DNA from: the human T2T-CHM13v2.0 reference genome, Homo sapiens
Strand: one strand, 5' to 3'
Length of the DNA: 64,000 nt
NCBI RefSeq assembly: GCF_009914755.1
Contig: NC_060947.1
The notes beneath the pieces are model-generated. The model worked only from the letters and a program-made list of their open reading frames with translations, made no database searches and had not been told where the DNA came from. Shown here in pieces: positions 52,865 through 64,000 of the stretch (its first letter is position 1; every line of letters starts with the position of its first letter). The position numbers and the translations under genes were made by a program.

Positions 52865-54566
52865 GTTTAGTTTTTCTGTGGAAATATTCCCGTTTCCAAA
52901 GAAATCTTCAAAGAGGTCCACGTATCCACTTACAGATTCTACAAAAAGACAGTTTCAAAACTGCTCAATCAAAAGGAGGGTTCAACTGTGTGACTTGAAT
53001 GCAATCATCACTCAGAAGTTTCTGAGAATGCTTCTCTTTAGTTTTTACGTGAACATATACCCGTTTCGAACGAAGGCCACCCAGTGGTCCAAATATCCAC
53101 TTGCAGATTCTACAGAAAGAGTGTTTCGAACCTGAACTCTCAAAGGCAGGTTCATCTCTGCGAGTTAAATGCATTCGTCATGAAGAACTTTCTCAGCGTG
53201 TTTGTGTTTAGTTATGGGAAATTATTCCCATTCCCAACGAAATCCTCAGAGAGGTCCAAATGTCCACCTGCAGATTCTACCAAAAGTGTATTTGGAAACT
53301 GCTCCATCAACAGGCATGTTCAGCTCTGTGAGTGAAACTCCATCATCACAAAGAATATTCTGAGAATGCTTCCATTTGCCTTTTATATGAAGTTCCTTCC
53401 TATACGACCGTAGGCCTCAAAGCAGTCCAAATCTCCATTTGCAGATTCTACAAAAAGAGTGATTCCAATCTGCTGTATCAATAGGATTCTTCAACTCCAT
53501 GAGTTGAATGCCATCCTCACAAAGTCGTTTCTGAGAATGTTTCTATCTAGTTTTTATGTGAAGATATTTCCTTTTCCACCACAGGCCTCAAAGCCCTCCA
53601 AACGTCCACTTGCAGATTCTCGAAAAAGAGTGTTTCATAGCTGCTCTTTCAAAAGGAAAGTTCAACTCTGGGAGTTGAATACAAACATCACAAAGTAGTT
53701 TCAGAGAATGCTTCTGTTTAGTTTTTCTGTGGAAATATTCCCGTTTCCAAAGAAATCTTCAAAGAGGTCCACGTATCCACTTACAGATGCTACAAAAAGA
53801 CAGTTTCAAAACTGCTCAATCAAAAGGAGGGTTCAACTGTGTGACTTGAATGCAATCATCACTCAGAAGTTTCTGAGAATGCTTCTCTTTAGTTTTTACG
53901 TGAACATATACCCGTTTCGAACGAAGGCCACCCAGTGGTCCAAATATCCACTTGCAGATTCTACAGAAAGAGTGTTTCGAACCTGAACTCTCAAAGGCAG
54001 GTTCATCTCTGCGAGTTAAATGCATTCGTCATGAAGAACTTTCTCAGCGTGTTTGTGTTTAGTTATGGGAAATTATTCCCGTTCCCAACGAAATCCTCAG
54101 AGAGGTCCAAATGTCCACCTGCAGATTCTACCAAAAGTGTATTTGGAAACTGCTCCATCAACAGGCATGTTCAGCTCTGTGAGTGAAACTCCATCATCAC
54201 AAAGAATATTCTGAGAATGCTTCCGTTTGCCTTTTATATGAAGTTCCTTCCTATACGACCGTAGGCCTCAAAGCAGTCCAAATCTCCATTTGCAGATTCT
54301 ACAAAAAGAGTGATTCCAATCTGCTGTATCAATAGGATTCTTCAACTCCATGAGTTGAATGCCATCCTCACAAAGTCGTTTCTGAGAATGCTTCTATCTA
54401 GTTTTTATGTGAAGATATTTCCTTTTCCACCACAGGCCTCAAAGCCCTCCAAACGTCCACTTGCAGATTCTCGAAAAAGAGTGTTTCATAGCTGCTCTTT
54501 CAAAAGGAAAGTTCAACTCTGGGAGTTGAATACAAACATCACAAAGTAGTTTCAGAGAATGCTTCT
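52865..54566 (-). repeat. Structural-variant HOR: tandem 851-bp (5-monomer) duplication, readable as a 17-mer or as a 12-mer plus a 5-mer; hybrid monomer junction at 53716-53723
   Basis: Homologous ORFs are spaced 851 bp (53084/53935, 53459/54310) and 52797 to 55705 is 2908 = 2057 + 851. Junction reads aagtagtttcagagaatgcttct-gtttagtt-tttctgtggaaatattcccg. Confidence 0.95.
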
Positions 54567-55081
54567 GTTTAGTTCTTATGTGAAGATGATCCCGTTTCCA
54601 GTGAAATCTTCAAAGAGGTCCACATATCCCCTTGCAGATTCCAAAGAAAGAGGGTTTCAAAACTGCTCCATCAAAAGGATTGTTCAACTCTGTGAGTTGA
54701 ATGCAGTCATCGCAGAAAACTTTCTGAGAATGCTTCTGTCTAGGTTTGATGTGAAGATATAGACGTTTCAAACGAAGGCTACAAAGTGGTCAAAATATAC
54801 ACTTGCAGATTCTACTACAAGGGTGTTGCAAACCTGAACTATCAAAGGAAGGTTCAACTCTGTGAGTTGAATACAAACATCGCAAAGAATGCTCTGAGTT
54901 TGCTTCCGTTCAGTTATGGGAAGTTGATCCCGTTCCCAACGAAATCCTCAGAGAGGTCCAAATATCCCCTTGCAGATTCTACAAAACGTGTGTTTGGAAA
55001 CTGCTCCATCATAACGAATGTTCAGCTCTCTGAGTTAAACTCCATCGTCACAAAGAATTTTCTGAGAGTGCTACCGTCTAG

Positions 55082-58000
55082 GTTTTATATGAAGTTCTTT
55101 CCTTTACTACAACAGGCCTCAAAGCGGTCCAAATCTCCACTTGCAGATCCTACAAAAAGAGTGTCTGCAAACTGCTCTATCAAAAGGATTGTTCAACTCT
55201 GGGAGTTGAATGCAATCATCACAGAGCAGTTTCTGAGAATGCTTCTATGTCGTTTTTAGGAGAAGATATTTCCTTTTCCAACACAGTCCTCCAAGCCCGC
55301 TAAATATCCACTTGCACATTGTAGAAAAAGTGTGTCGAAGCTGCGCTATCAAAGGGAAAGTTCAACTCTGTGAGGTGAATGCAAACATCCCAAAGAAGTT
55401 TCTGAGAATGCTTCCGTTTAGCTTTTAGGTGAAGATTATCCCGTTTGCAACGAAATCTTCAAAGAGGTCCAAATATCCCCTTGCGGATCCCACAGAAAGA
55501 GTGTTTCGAAACTGCTGTTTCAAAAGGAATCTTCAACTCTGTGAGTTGAATGCAATCATCACAAAGAAGTTTCTGACAATGCTTCTCTCTCGTCTTTCTG
55601 TGAAGATAAAGGAAAAGGCTTTCAGGCCTTTTCCACCACAGGCCTGAAAGCGCTCCAAATGTCCACTTGCAGATTCTGCCAAAAGAATATTTCAAAACTG
55701 CTCTATGAAAAGCAATGTTAAACTCTGCGGCTCGAACACAAACATCACAAAGCAGTTTCTGAGAATGCTTCAGTTTAGTTTTTCTGTGGAAATATTCCCG
55801 TTTCCAAAGAAATCTTCAAAGAGGTCCACGTATCCACTTACAGATTCTACAAAAAGACAGTTTCAAAACTGCTCAATCAAAAGGAGGGTTCAACTGTGTG
55901 ACTTGAATGCAATCATCACTCAGAACTTTCTGAGAATGCTTCTCTTTAGTTTTTACGTGAACATATACCCGTTTCGAACGAAGGCCACCCAGTGGTCCAA
56001 ATATCCACTTGCAGATTCTACAGAAAGAGTGTTTCGAACCTGAACTCTCAAAGGCAGGTTCATCTCTGCGAGTTAAATGCATTCGTCATGAAGAACTTTC
56101 TCAGCGTGTTTGTGTTTAGTTATGGGAAATTATTCCCGTTCCCAACGAAATCCTCAGAGAGGTCCAAATGTCCACCTGCAGATTCTACCAAAAGTGTATT
56201 TGGAAACTGCTCCATCAACAGGAATGTTCAGCTCTGTGAGTGAAACTCCATCATCACAAAGAATATTCTGAGAATGCTTCCGTTTGCCTTTTATATGAAG
56301 TTCCTTCCTATACGACCGTAGGCCTCAAAGCAGTCCAAATCTCCATTTGCAGATTCTACAAAAAGAGTGATTCCAATCTGCTGTATCAATAGGATTCTTC
56401 AACTCCATGAGTTGAATGCCATCCTCACAAAGTCGTTTCTGAGAATGCTTCTATCTAGTTTTTATGTGAAGATATTTCCTTTTCCACCACAGGCCTGAAA
56501 GCCCTCCAAACGTCCACTTGCAGATTCTCGAAAAAGATTGTTTCATAGCTGCTCTTTCAAAAGGAAAGTTCAACTCTGGGAGTTGAATACAAACATCACA
56601 AAGTAGTTTCAGAGAATGCTTCTGTTTAGTTCTTATGTGAAGATGATCCCGTTTCCAGTGAAATCTCCAAAGAGGTCCACATATCCCCTTGCAGATTCCA
56701 AAGAAAGAGGGTTTCAAAACTGCTCCATCAAAAGGATTGTTCAACTCTGTGAGTTGAATGCAGTCATCGCAGAAAACTTTCTGAGAATGCTTCTGTCTAG
56801 GTTTGATGTGAAGATATAGACGTTTCAAACGAAGGCTACAAAGTGGTCAAAATATACACTTGCAGATTCTACTACAAGGGTGTTGCAAACCTGAACTATC
56901 AAAGGAAGGTTCAACTCTGTGAGTTGAATACAAACATCGCAAAGAATGCTCTGAGTTTGCTTCCGTTCAGTTATGGGAAGTTGATCCCGTTCCCAACGAA
57001 ATCCTCAGAGAGGTCCAAATATCCCCTTGCAGATTCTACAAAACGTGTGTTTGGAAACTGCTCCATCATAACGAATGTTCAGCTCTCTGAGTTAAACTCC
57101 ATCGTCACAAAGAATTTTCTGAGAGTGCTACCGTCTAGTTTTTATATGAAGTTCTTTCCTTTACTACCACAGGCCTCAAAGCGGTCCAAATATCCACTTG
57201 CAGATTCTACAAAAAGAGTGTCTGCAAACTGCTCTATCAAAAGGAATGTTCAACTCTGGGAGTTGAATGCAATCATCACAGAGCAGTTTCTGAGAATGCT
57301 TCTATGTCGTTTTTAGGAGAAGATATTTCCTTTTCCAACACAGTCCTCCAAGCCCGCTAAATATCCACTTGCACATTGTAGAAAAAGTGTGTCGAAGCTG
57401 CGCTATCAAAGGGAAAGTTCAACTCTGTGAGGTGAATGCAAACATCCCAAAGAAGTTTCTGAGAATGCTTCCGTTTAGCTTTTAGGTGAAGATTATCCCG
57501 TTTGCAACGAAATCTTCAAAGAGGTCCAAATATCCCCTTGCGGATCCCACAGAAAGAGTGTTTCGAAACTGCTGTTTCAAAAGGAATCTTCAACTCTGTG
57601 AGTTGAATGCAATCATCACAAAGAAGTTTCTGACAATGCTTCTCTCTCGTCTTTCTGTGAAGATAAAGGAAAAGGCTTTCAGGCCTTTTCCACCACAGGC
57701 CTGAAAGCGCTCCAAATGTCCACTTGCAGATTCTGCCAAAAGAATATTTCAAAACTGCTCTATGAAAAGCAATGTTAAACTCTGTGGCTCCAACACAAAC
57801 ATCACAAAGCAGTTTCTGAGAATGCTTCAGTTTAGTTTTTCTGTGGAAATATTCCCGTTTCCAAAGAAATCTTCAAAGAGGTCCACGTATCCACTTACAG
57901 ATTCTACAAAAAGACAGTTTCAAAACTGCTCAATCAAAAGGAGGGTTCAACTGTGTGACTTGAATGCAATCATCACTCAGAACTTTCTGAGAATGCTTCT

Positions 58001-61000
58001 CTTTAGTTTTTACGTGAACATATACCCGTTTCGAACGAAGGCCACCCAGTGGTCCAAATATCCACTTACAGATTCTACAGAAAGAGTGTTTCGAACCTGA
58101 ACTCTCAAAGGCAGGTTCATCTCTGCGAGTTAAATGCATTCGTCATGAAGAACTTTCTCAGCGTGTTTGTGTTTAGTTATGGGAAATTATTCCCGTTCCC
58201 AACGAAATCCTCAGAGAGGTCCAAATGTCCACCTGCAGATTCTACCAAAAGTGTATTTGGAAACTGCTCCATCAACAGGCATGTTCAGCTCCGTGAGTGA
58301 CACTCCATCATCACAAAGAATATTCTGAGAATGCTTCCGTTTGCCTTTTATATGAAGTTCCTTCCTATACGACCGTAGGCCTCAAAACAGTCCAAATCTC
58401 CATTTGCAGATTCTACAAAAAGAGTGATTCCAATCTGCTCTATCAATAGGATTGTTCAACTCCATGAGTTGAATGCCACCCTCACAAAGTCGTTTCTGAG
58501 AATGCTTCTATCTAGTTTTTATGTGAAGATATTTCCTTTTCCACCACAGGCCTCAAAGCCCTCCAAACGTCCACTTGCAGATTCTCGAAAAAGAGTGTTT
58601 CATAGCTGCTCTTTCAAAAGGAAAGTTCAACTCTGGGAGTTGAATACAAACATCACAAAGTAGTTTCCGAGAATGCTTCTGTTTAGTTTTTATGTGAAGA
58701 TGATCCCGTTTCCAGTGAAATCTTCAAAGAGGTCCACATATCCCCTTGCAGATTCCAAAGAAAGAGGGTTTCAAAACTGCTCCATCAAAAGGATTGTTCA
58801 ACTCTGTGAGTTGAATGCAGTCATCGCAGAAAACTTTCTGAAAATGCTTCTGTCTAGGTTTGATGTGAAGATATAGACGTTTCAAACGAAGGCTACAAAG
58901 TGGTCAAAATATACACTTGCAGATTCTACTACAAGGGTGTTGCAAACCTGAACTATCAAAGGAAGGTTCAACTCTGTGGGTTGAATACAAACATCGCAAA
59001 GAATGTTCTGAGTTTGCTTCCGTTCAGTTATGGGAAGTTGATCCCGTTCCCAACGAAATCCTCAGAGAGGTCCAAATATCCCCTTGCAGATTCTACAAAA
59101 CGTGTGTTTGGAAACTGCTCCATCATAACGAATGTTCAGCTCTCTGAGTTAAACTCCATCGTCACAAAGAATTTTCTGAGAGTGCTACCGTCTAGGTTTT
59201 ATATGAAGTTCTTTCCTTTACTACAACAGGCCTCAAAGCGGTCCAAATCTCCACTTGCAGATCCTACAAAAAGAGTGTCTGCAAACTGCTCTATCAAAAG
59301 GATTGTTCAACTCTGGGAGTTGAATGCAATCATCACAGAGCAGTTTCTGAGAATGCTTCTATGTCGTTTTTAGGAGAAGATATTTCCTTTTCCAACACAG
59401 TCCTCCAAGCCCGCTAAATATCCACTTGCACATTGTAGAAAAAGTGTGTCGAAGCTGCGCTATCAAAGGGAAAGTTCAACTCTGTGAGGTGAATGCAAAC
59501 ATCCCAAAGAAGTTTCTGAGAATGCTTCCGTTTAGCTTTTACCTGAAGATTATCCCGTTTCCAACGAAAGCTTCAAAGAGGTCCAAATATCCCCTTGCGG
59601 ATCCCACAGAAAGAGTGTTTCGAAACTGCTGTTTCAAAAGGAATCTTCAACTCTGTGAGTTGAATGCAATCATCACAAAGAAGTTTCTGACAATGCTTCT
59701 CTCTCGTCTTTCTGTGAAGATAAAGGAAAAGGCTTTCAGGCCTTTTCCACCACAGGCCTGAAAGCGCTCCAAATGTCCACTTGCAGATTCTGCCAAAAGA
59801 ATATTTCAAAACTGCTCTATGAAAAGCAATGTTAAACTCTGCGGCTCGAACACAAACATCACAAAGCAGTTTCTGAGAATGCTTCAGTTTAGTTTTTCTG
59901 TGGAAATATTCCCGTTTCCAAAGAAATCTTCAAAGAGGTCCACGTATCCACTTACAGATTCTACAAAAAGACAGTTTCAAAACTGCTCAATCAAAAGGAG
60001 GGTTCAACTGTGTGACTTGAATGCAATCATCACTCAGAACTTTCTGAGAATGCTTCTCTTTAGTTTTTACGTGAACATATACCCGTTTCGAACGAAGGCC
60101 ACCCAGTGGTCCAAATATCCACTTGCAGATTCTACAGAAAGAGTGTTTCGAACCTGAACTCTCAAAGGCAGGTTCATCTCTGCGAGTTAAATGCATTCGT
60201 CATGAAGAACTTTCTCAGCGTGTTTGTGTTTAGTTATGGGAAATTATTCCCGTTCCCAACGAAATCCTCAGAGAGGTCCAAATGTCCACCTGCAGATTCT
60301 ACCAAAAGTGTATTTGGAAACTGCTCCATCAACAGGAATGTTCAGCTCTGTGAGTGAAACTCCATCATCACAAAGAATATTCTGAGAATGCTTCCGTTTG
60401 CCTTTTATATGAAGTTCCTTCCTATACGACCGTAGGCCTCAAAGCAGTCCAAATCTCCATTTGCAGATTCTACAAAAAGAGTGATTCCAATCTGCTGTAT
60501 CAATAGGATTCTTCAACTCCATGAGTTGAATGCCATCCTCACAAAGTCGTTTCTGAGAATGCTTCTATCTAGTTTTTATGTGAAGATATTTCCTTTTCCA
60601 CCACAGGCCTCAAAGCCCTCCAAACGTCCACTTGCAGATTCTCGAAAAAGAGTGTTTCATAGCTGCTCTTTCAAAAGGAAAGTTCAACTCTGGGAGTTGA
60701 ATACAAACATCACAAAGTAGTTTCAGAGAATGCTTCTGTTTAGTTCTTATGTGAAGATGATCCCGTTTCCAGTGAAATCTCCAAAGAGGTCCACATATCC
60801 CCTTGCAGATTCCAAAGAAAGAGGGTTTCAAAACTGCTCCATCAAAAGGATTGTTCAACTCTGTGAGTTGAATGCAGTCATCGCAGAAAACTTTCTGAGA
60901 ATGCTTCTGTCTAGGTTTGATGTGAAGATATAGACGTTTCAAACGAAGGCTACAAAGTGGTCAAAATATACACTTGCAGATTCTACTACAAGGGTGTTGC

Positions 61001-62300
61001 AAACCTGAACTATCAAAGGAAGGTTCAACTCTGTGAGTTGAATACAAACATCGCAAAGAATGCTCTGAGTTTGCTTCCGTTCAGTTATGGGAAGTTGATC
61101 CCGTTCCCAACGAAATCTTCAGAGAGGTCCAAATATCCCCTTGCAGATTCTACAAAACGTGTGTTTGGAAACTGCTCCATCATAACGAATGTTCAGCTCT
61201 CTGAGTTAAACTCCATCGTCACAAAGAATTTTCTGAGAGTGCTACCGTCTAGTTTTTATATGAAGTTCTTTCCTTTACTACCACAGGCCTCAAAGCGGTC
61301 CAAATATCCACTTGCAGATTCTACAAAAAGAGTGTCTGCAAACTGCTCTATCAAAAGGAATGTTCAACTCTGGGAGTTGAATGCAATCATCACAGAGCAG
61401 TTTCTGAGAATGCTTCTATGTCGTTATTAGGAGAAGATATTTCCTTTTCCAACACAGTCCTCCAAGCCCGCTAAATATCCACTTGCACATTGTAGAAAAA
61501 GTGTGTCGAAGCTGCGCTATCAAAGGGAAAGTTCAACTCTGTGAGGTGAATGCAAACATCCCAAAGAAGTTTCTGAGAATGCTTCCGTTTAGCTTTTAGG
61601 TGAAGATTATCCCGTTTGCAACGAAATCTTCAAAGAGGTCCAAATATCCCCTTGCGGATCCCACAGAAAGAGTGTTTCGAAACTGCTGTTTCAAAAGGAA
61701 TCTTCAACTCTGTGAGTTGAATGCAATCATCACAAAGAAGTTTCTGACAATGCTTCTCTCTCGTCTTTCTGTGAAGATAAAGGAAAAGGCTTTCAGGCCT
61801 TTTCCACCACAGGCCTGAAAGCGCTCCAAATGTCCACTTGCAGATTCTGCCAAAAGAATATTTCAAAACTGCTCTATGAAAAGCAATGTTAAACTCTGTG
61901 GCTCCAACACAAACATCACAAAGCAGTTTCTGAGAATGCTTCAGTTTAGTTTTTCTGTGGAAATATTCCCGTTTCCAAAGAAATCTTCAAAGAGGTCCAC
62001 GTATCCACTTACAGATTCTACAAAAAGACAGTTTCAAAACTGCTCAATCAAAAGGAGGGTTCAACTGTGTGACTTGAATGCAATCATCACTCAGAACTTT
62101 CTGAGAATGCTTCTCTTTAGTTTTTACGTGAACATATACCCGTTTCGAACGAAGGCCACCCAGTGGTCCAAATATCCACTTACAGATTCTACAGAAAGAG
62201 TGTTTCGAACCTGAACTCTCAAAGGCAGGTTCATCTCTGCGAGTTAAATGCATTCGTCATGAAGAACTTTCTCAGCGTGTTTGTGTTTAGTTATGGGAAA
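55082..62300 (-). repeat. About two copies of a third two-HOR (4114-bp) unit, more diverged than sets A and B; edges approximate
   Basis: SNVs at 55082/59196, 55111/59225, 55149/59263, 55189/59303 and 57791/61905, all offset by 4114. Confidence 0.75.
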
Positions 62301-64000
62301 TTATTCCCGTTCCCAACGAAATCCTCAGAGAGGTCCAAATGTCCACCTGCAGATTCTACCAAAAGTGTATTTGGAAACTGCTCCATCAACAGGAATGTTC
62401 AGCTCTGTGAGTGAAACTCCATCATCACAAAGAATATTCTGAGAATGCTTCCGTTTGCCTTTTATATGAAGTTCCTTCCTATACGACCGTAGGCCTCAAA
62501 GCAGTCCAAATCTCCATTTGCAGATTCTACAAAAAGAGTGATTCCAATCTGCTCTATCAATAGGATTGTTCACCTCCATGAGTTGAATGCCATCCTCACA
62601 AAGTCGTTTCTGAGAATGCTTCTATCTAGTTTTTATGTGAAGATATTTCCTTTTCCACCACAGGCCTCAAAGCCCTCCAAACGTCCACTTGCAGATTCTC
62701 GAAAAAGAGTGTTTCATAGCTGCTCTTTCAAAAGGAAAGTTCAACTCTGGGAGTTGAATACAAACATCACAAAGTAGTTTCCGAGAATGCTTCTGTTTAG
62801 TTCTTATGTGAAGATGATCCCGTTTCCAGTGAAATCTCCAAAGAGGTCCACATATCTCCTTGCAGATTCCAAAGAAAGAGGGTTTCAAAACTGCTCCATC
62901 AAAAGGATTGTTCAACTCTGTGAGTTGAATGCAGTCATCGCAGAAAACTTTCTGAGAATGCTTCTGTCTAGGTTTGATGTGAAGATATAGACGTTTCAAA
63001 CGAAGGCTACAAAGTGGTCAAAATATACACTTGCAGATTCTACAACAAGGGTGTTGCAAACCTGAACTATCAAAGGAAGGTTCAACTCTGTGGGTTGAAT
63101 ACAAACATCGCAAAGAATGTTCTGAGTTTGCTTCCGTTCAGTTATGGGAGGTTGATCCCGTTTCCAACGAAATCCTCAGAGAGGTCCAAATATCCCCTTG
63201 CAGATTCTACAAAACGTGTGTTTGTAAACTGCTCCATCATAACGAATGTTCAGCTCCCTGAGTTAAACTCCATCGTCACAAAGAATTTTCTGAGAGTGCT
63301 ACTGTCTAGTTTTTATATGAAGTTCTTTCCTTTACTACCACAGGCCTCAAAGCGGTCCAAATCTCCACTTGCAGATTCTACAAAAAGAGTGTCTGCAAAC
63401 TGCTCTATCAAAAGGAATGTTCAACTCTGGGAGTTGAATGCAATCATCACAGAGCAGATTCTGAGAATGCTTCTATGTCGTTTTTAGGAGAAGATATTTC
63501 CTTTTCCAACACAGTCCTCCAAGCCCGCTAAATATCCACTTGCACATTGTAGAAAAAGTGTGTCGAAGCTGCACTATCAAAGGGAAAGTTCAACTCTGTG
63601 AGGTGAATGCAAACATCCCAAAGAAGTTTCTGAGAATGCTTCCGTTTAGCTTTTAGGTGAAGATTATCCCGTTTGCAACGAAATCTTCAAAGAGGTCCAA
63701 ATATCCCCTTGCGGATCCCACAGAAAGAGTGTTTCGAAACTGCTGTTTCAAAAGGAATCTTCAACTCTGTGAGTTGAATGCAATCATCACAAAGAAGTTT
63801 CTGACAATGCTTCTCTCTCGTCTTTCTGTGAAGATAAAGGAAAAGGCTTTCAGGCCTTTTCCACCACAGGCCTGAAAGCGCTCCAAATGTCCACTTGCAG
63901 ATTCTGCCAAAAGAATATTTCAAAACTGCTCTATGAAAAGCAATGTTAAACTCTGCGGCTCAAACACAAACATCACAAAGCAGTTTCTGAGAATGCTTCA

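Larger units (their letters stand above)
1..64000 (-). repeat. DXZ1: Alpha-satellite HOR array, 12-mer of 2057 bp, about 30.7 copies; matches the human chromosome X centromeric array DXZ1 (SF3). Strand is given as '-' because CENP-B boxes read YTTCGTTGGAARCGGGA on the minus strand.
   Basis: Alphoid motifs (tttctgagaatgcttc, ccacttgcagattctac, gttcaactctgtgagttgaatgc) recur every ~171 bp. Homologous ORF starts recur at 1375, 3432, 5488, 7545, 9602 ... 52797 (steps of 2057, three of 2056), then 55705 ... 61876. One GGATCC (1155-1160) and one CTGCAG (1846-1851) per unit agree with the classical 2.0-kb BamHI/PstI X-specific repeat. Locus assignment rests on established knowledge, not a search. 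Confidence 0.96.

Noticed and set aside
58681-58700. gtttagtttttatgtg looked like a second hybrid-monomer junction
   Set aside because: It is a single C>T change; downstream sequence continues in normal register and the 2057-bp spacing is unchanged.
25-63923. Hundreds of 63-213 aa ORFs on both strands
   Set aside because: They recur with the 2057-bp period, repeat internally every ~57 aa (171/3), overlap in several frames, often start at non-ATG codons, and are opened or closed by random SNVs. No recognisable protein family.
1-64000. CRISPR-like repeat/spacer appearance of conserved motifs separated by variable stretches
   Set aside because: The intervening sequences are homologous monomer segments that repeat every 2057 bp; there are no unique spacers, leader or cas genes.
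1-64000. Possible L1/Alu insertion or inversion within the array
   Set aside because: HOR spacing is fully explained by 2057-bp steps, three 1-bp deletions and one 851-bp gain. No poly-A tail, target-site duplication or strand switch was seen.

Overview
The whole 64-kb window is one uninterrupted, single-orientation primate alpha-satellite array. It is built from ~171-bp monomers organised into a 12-monomer, 2057-bp higher-order repeat (HOR), about 30.7 copies. The period, one BamHI and one PstI site per unit, and the pentamer-derived B-B-B-A-A / B-A / B-B-B-A-A box pattern match DXZ1, the human X-centromere array (suprachromosomal family 3). No genes, transposon insertions or inversions are visible; all listed ORFs are recurring satellite artefacts. 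The interesting structure lies in the variants: (1) an 851-bp 5-monomer tandem duplication with a hybrid monomer at 53716; (2) several independent runs with a 4114-bp two-HOR super-period; (3) a ~10-kb HOR haplotype series that recurs about 20.6-22.6 kb downstream and partly again near 60-63.5 kb; (4) HOR-to-HOR polymorphism in the number of intact CENP-B boxes; (5) a fixed fold-back insertion giving two alternative hairpins once per HOR. I found no evidence for a novel coding system. All comparisons were made by eye and from ORF-track spacings, not by computed alignment.
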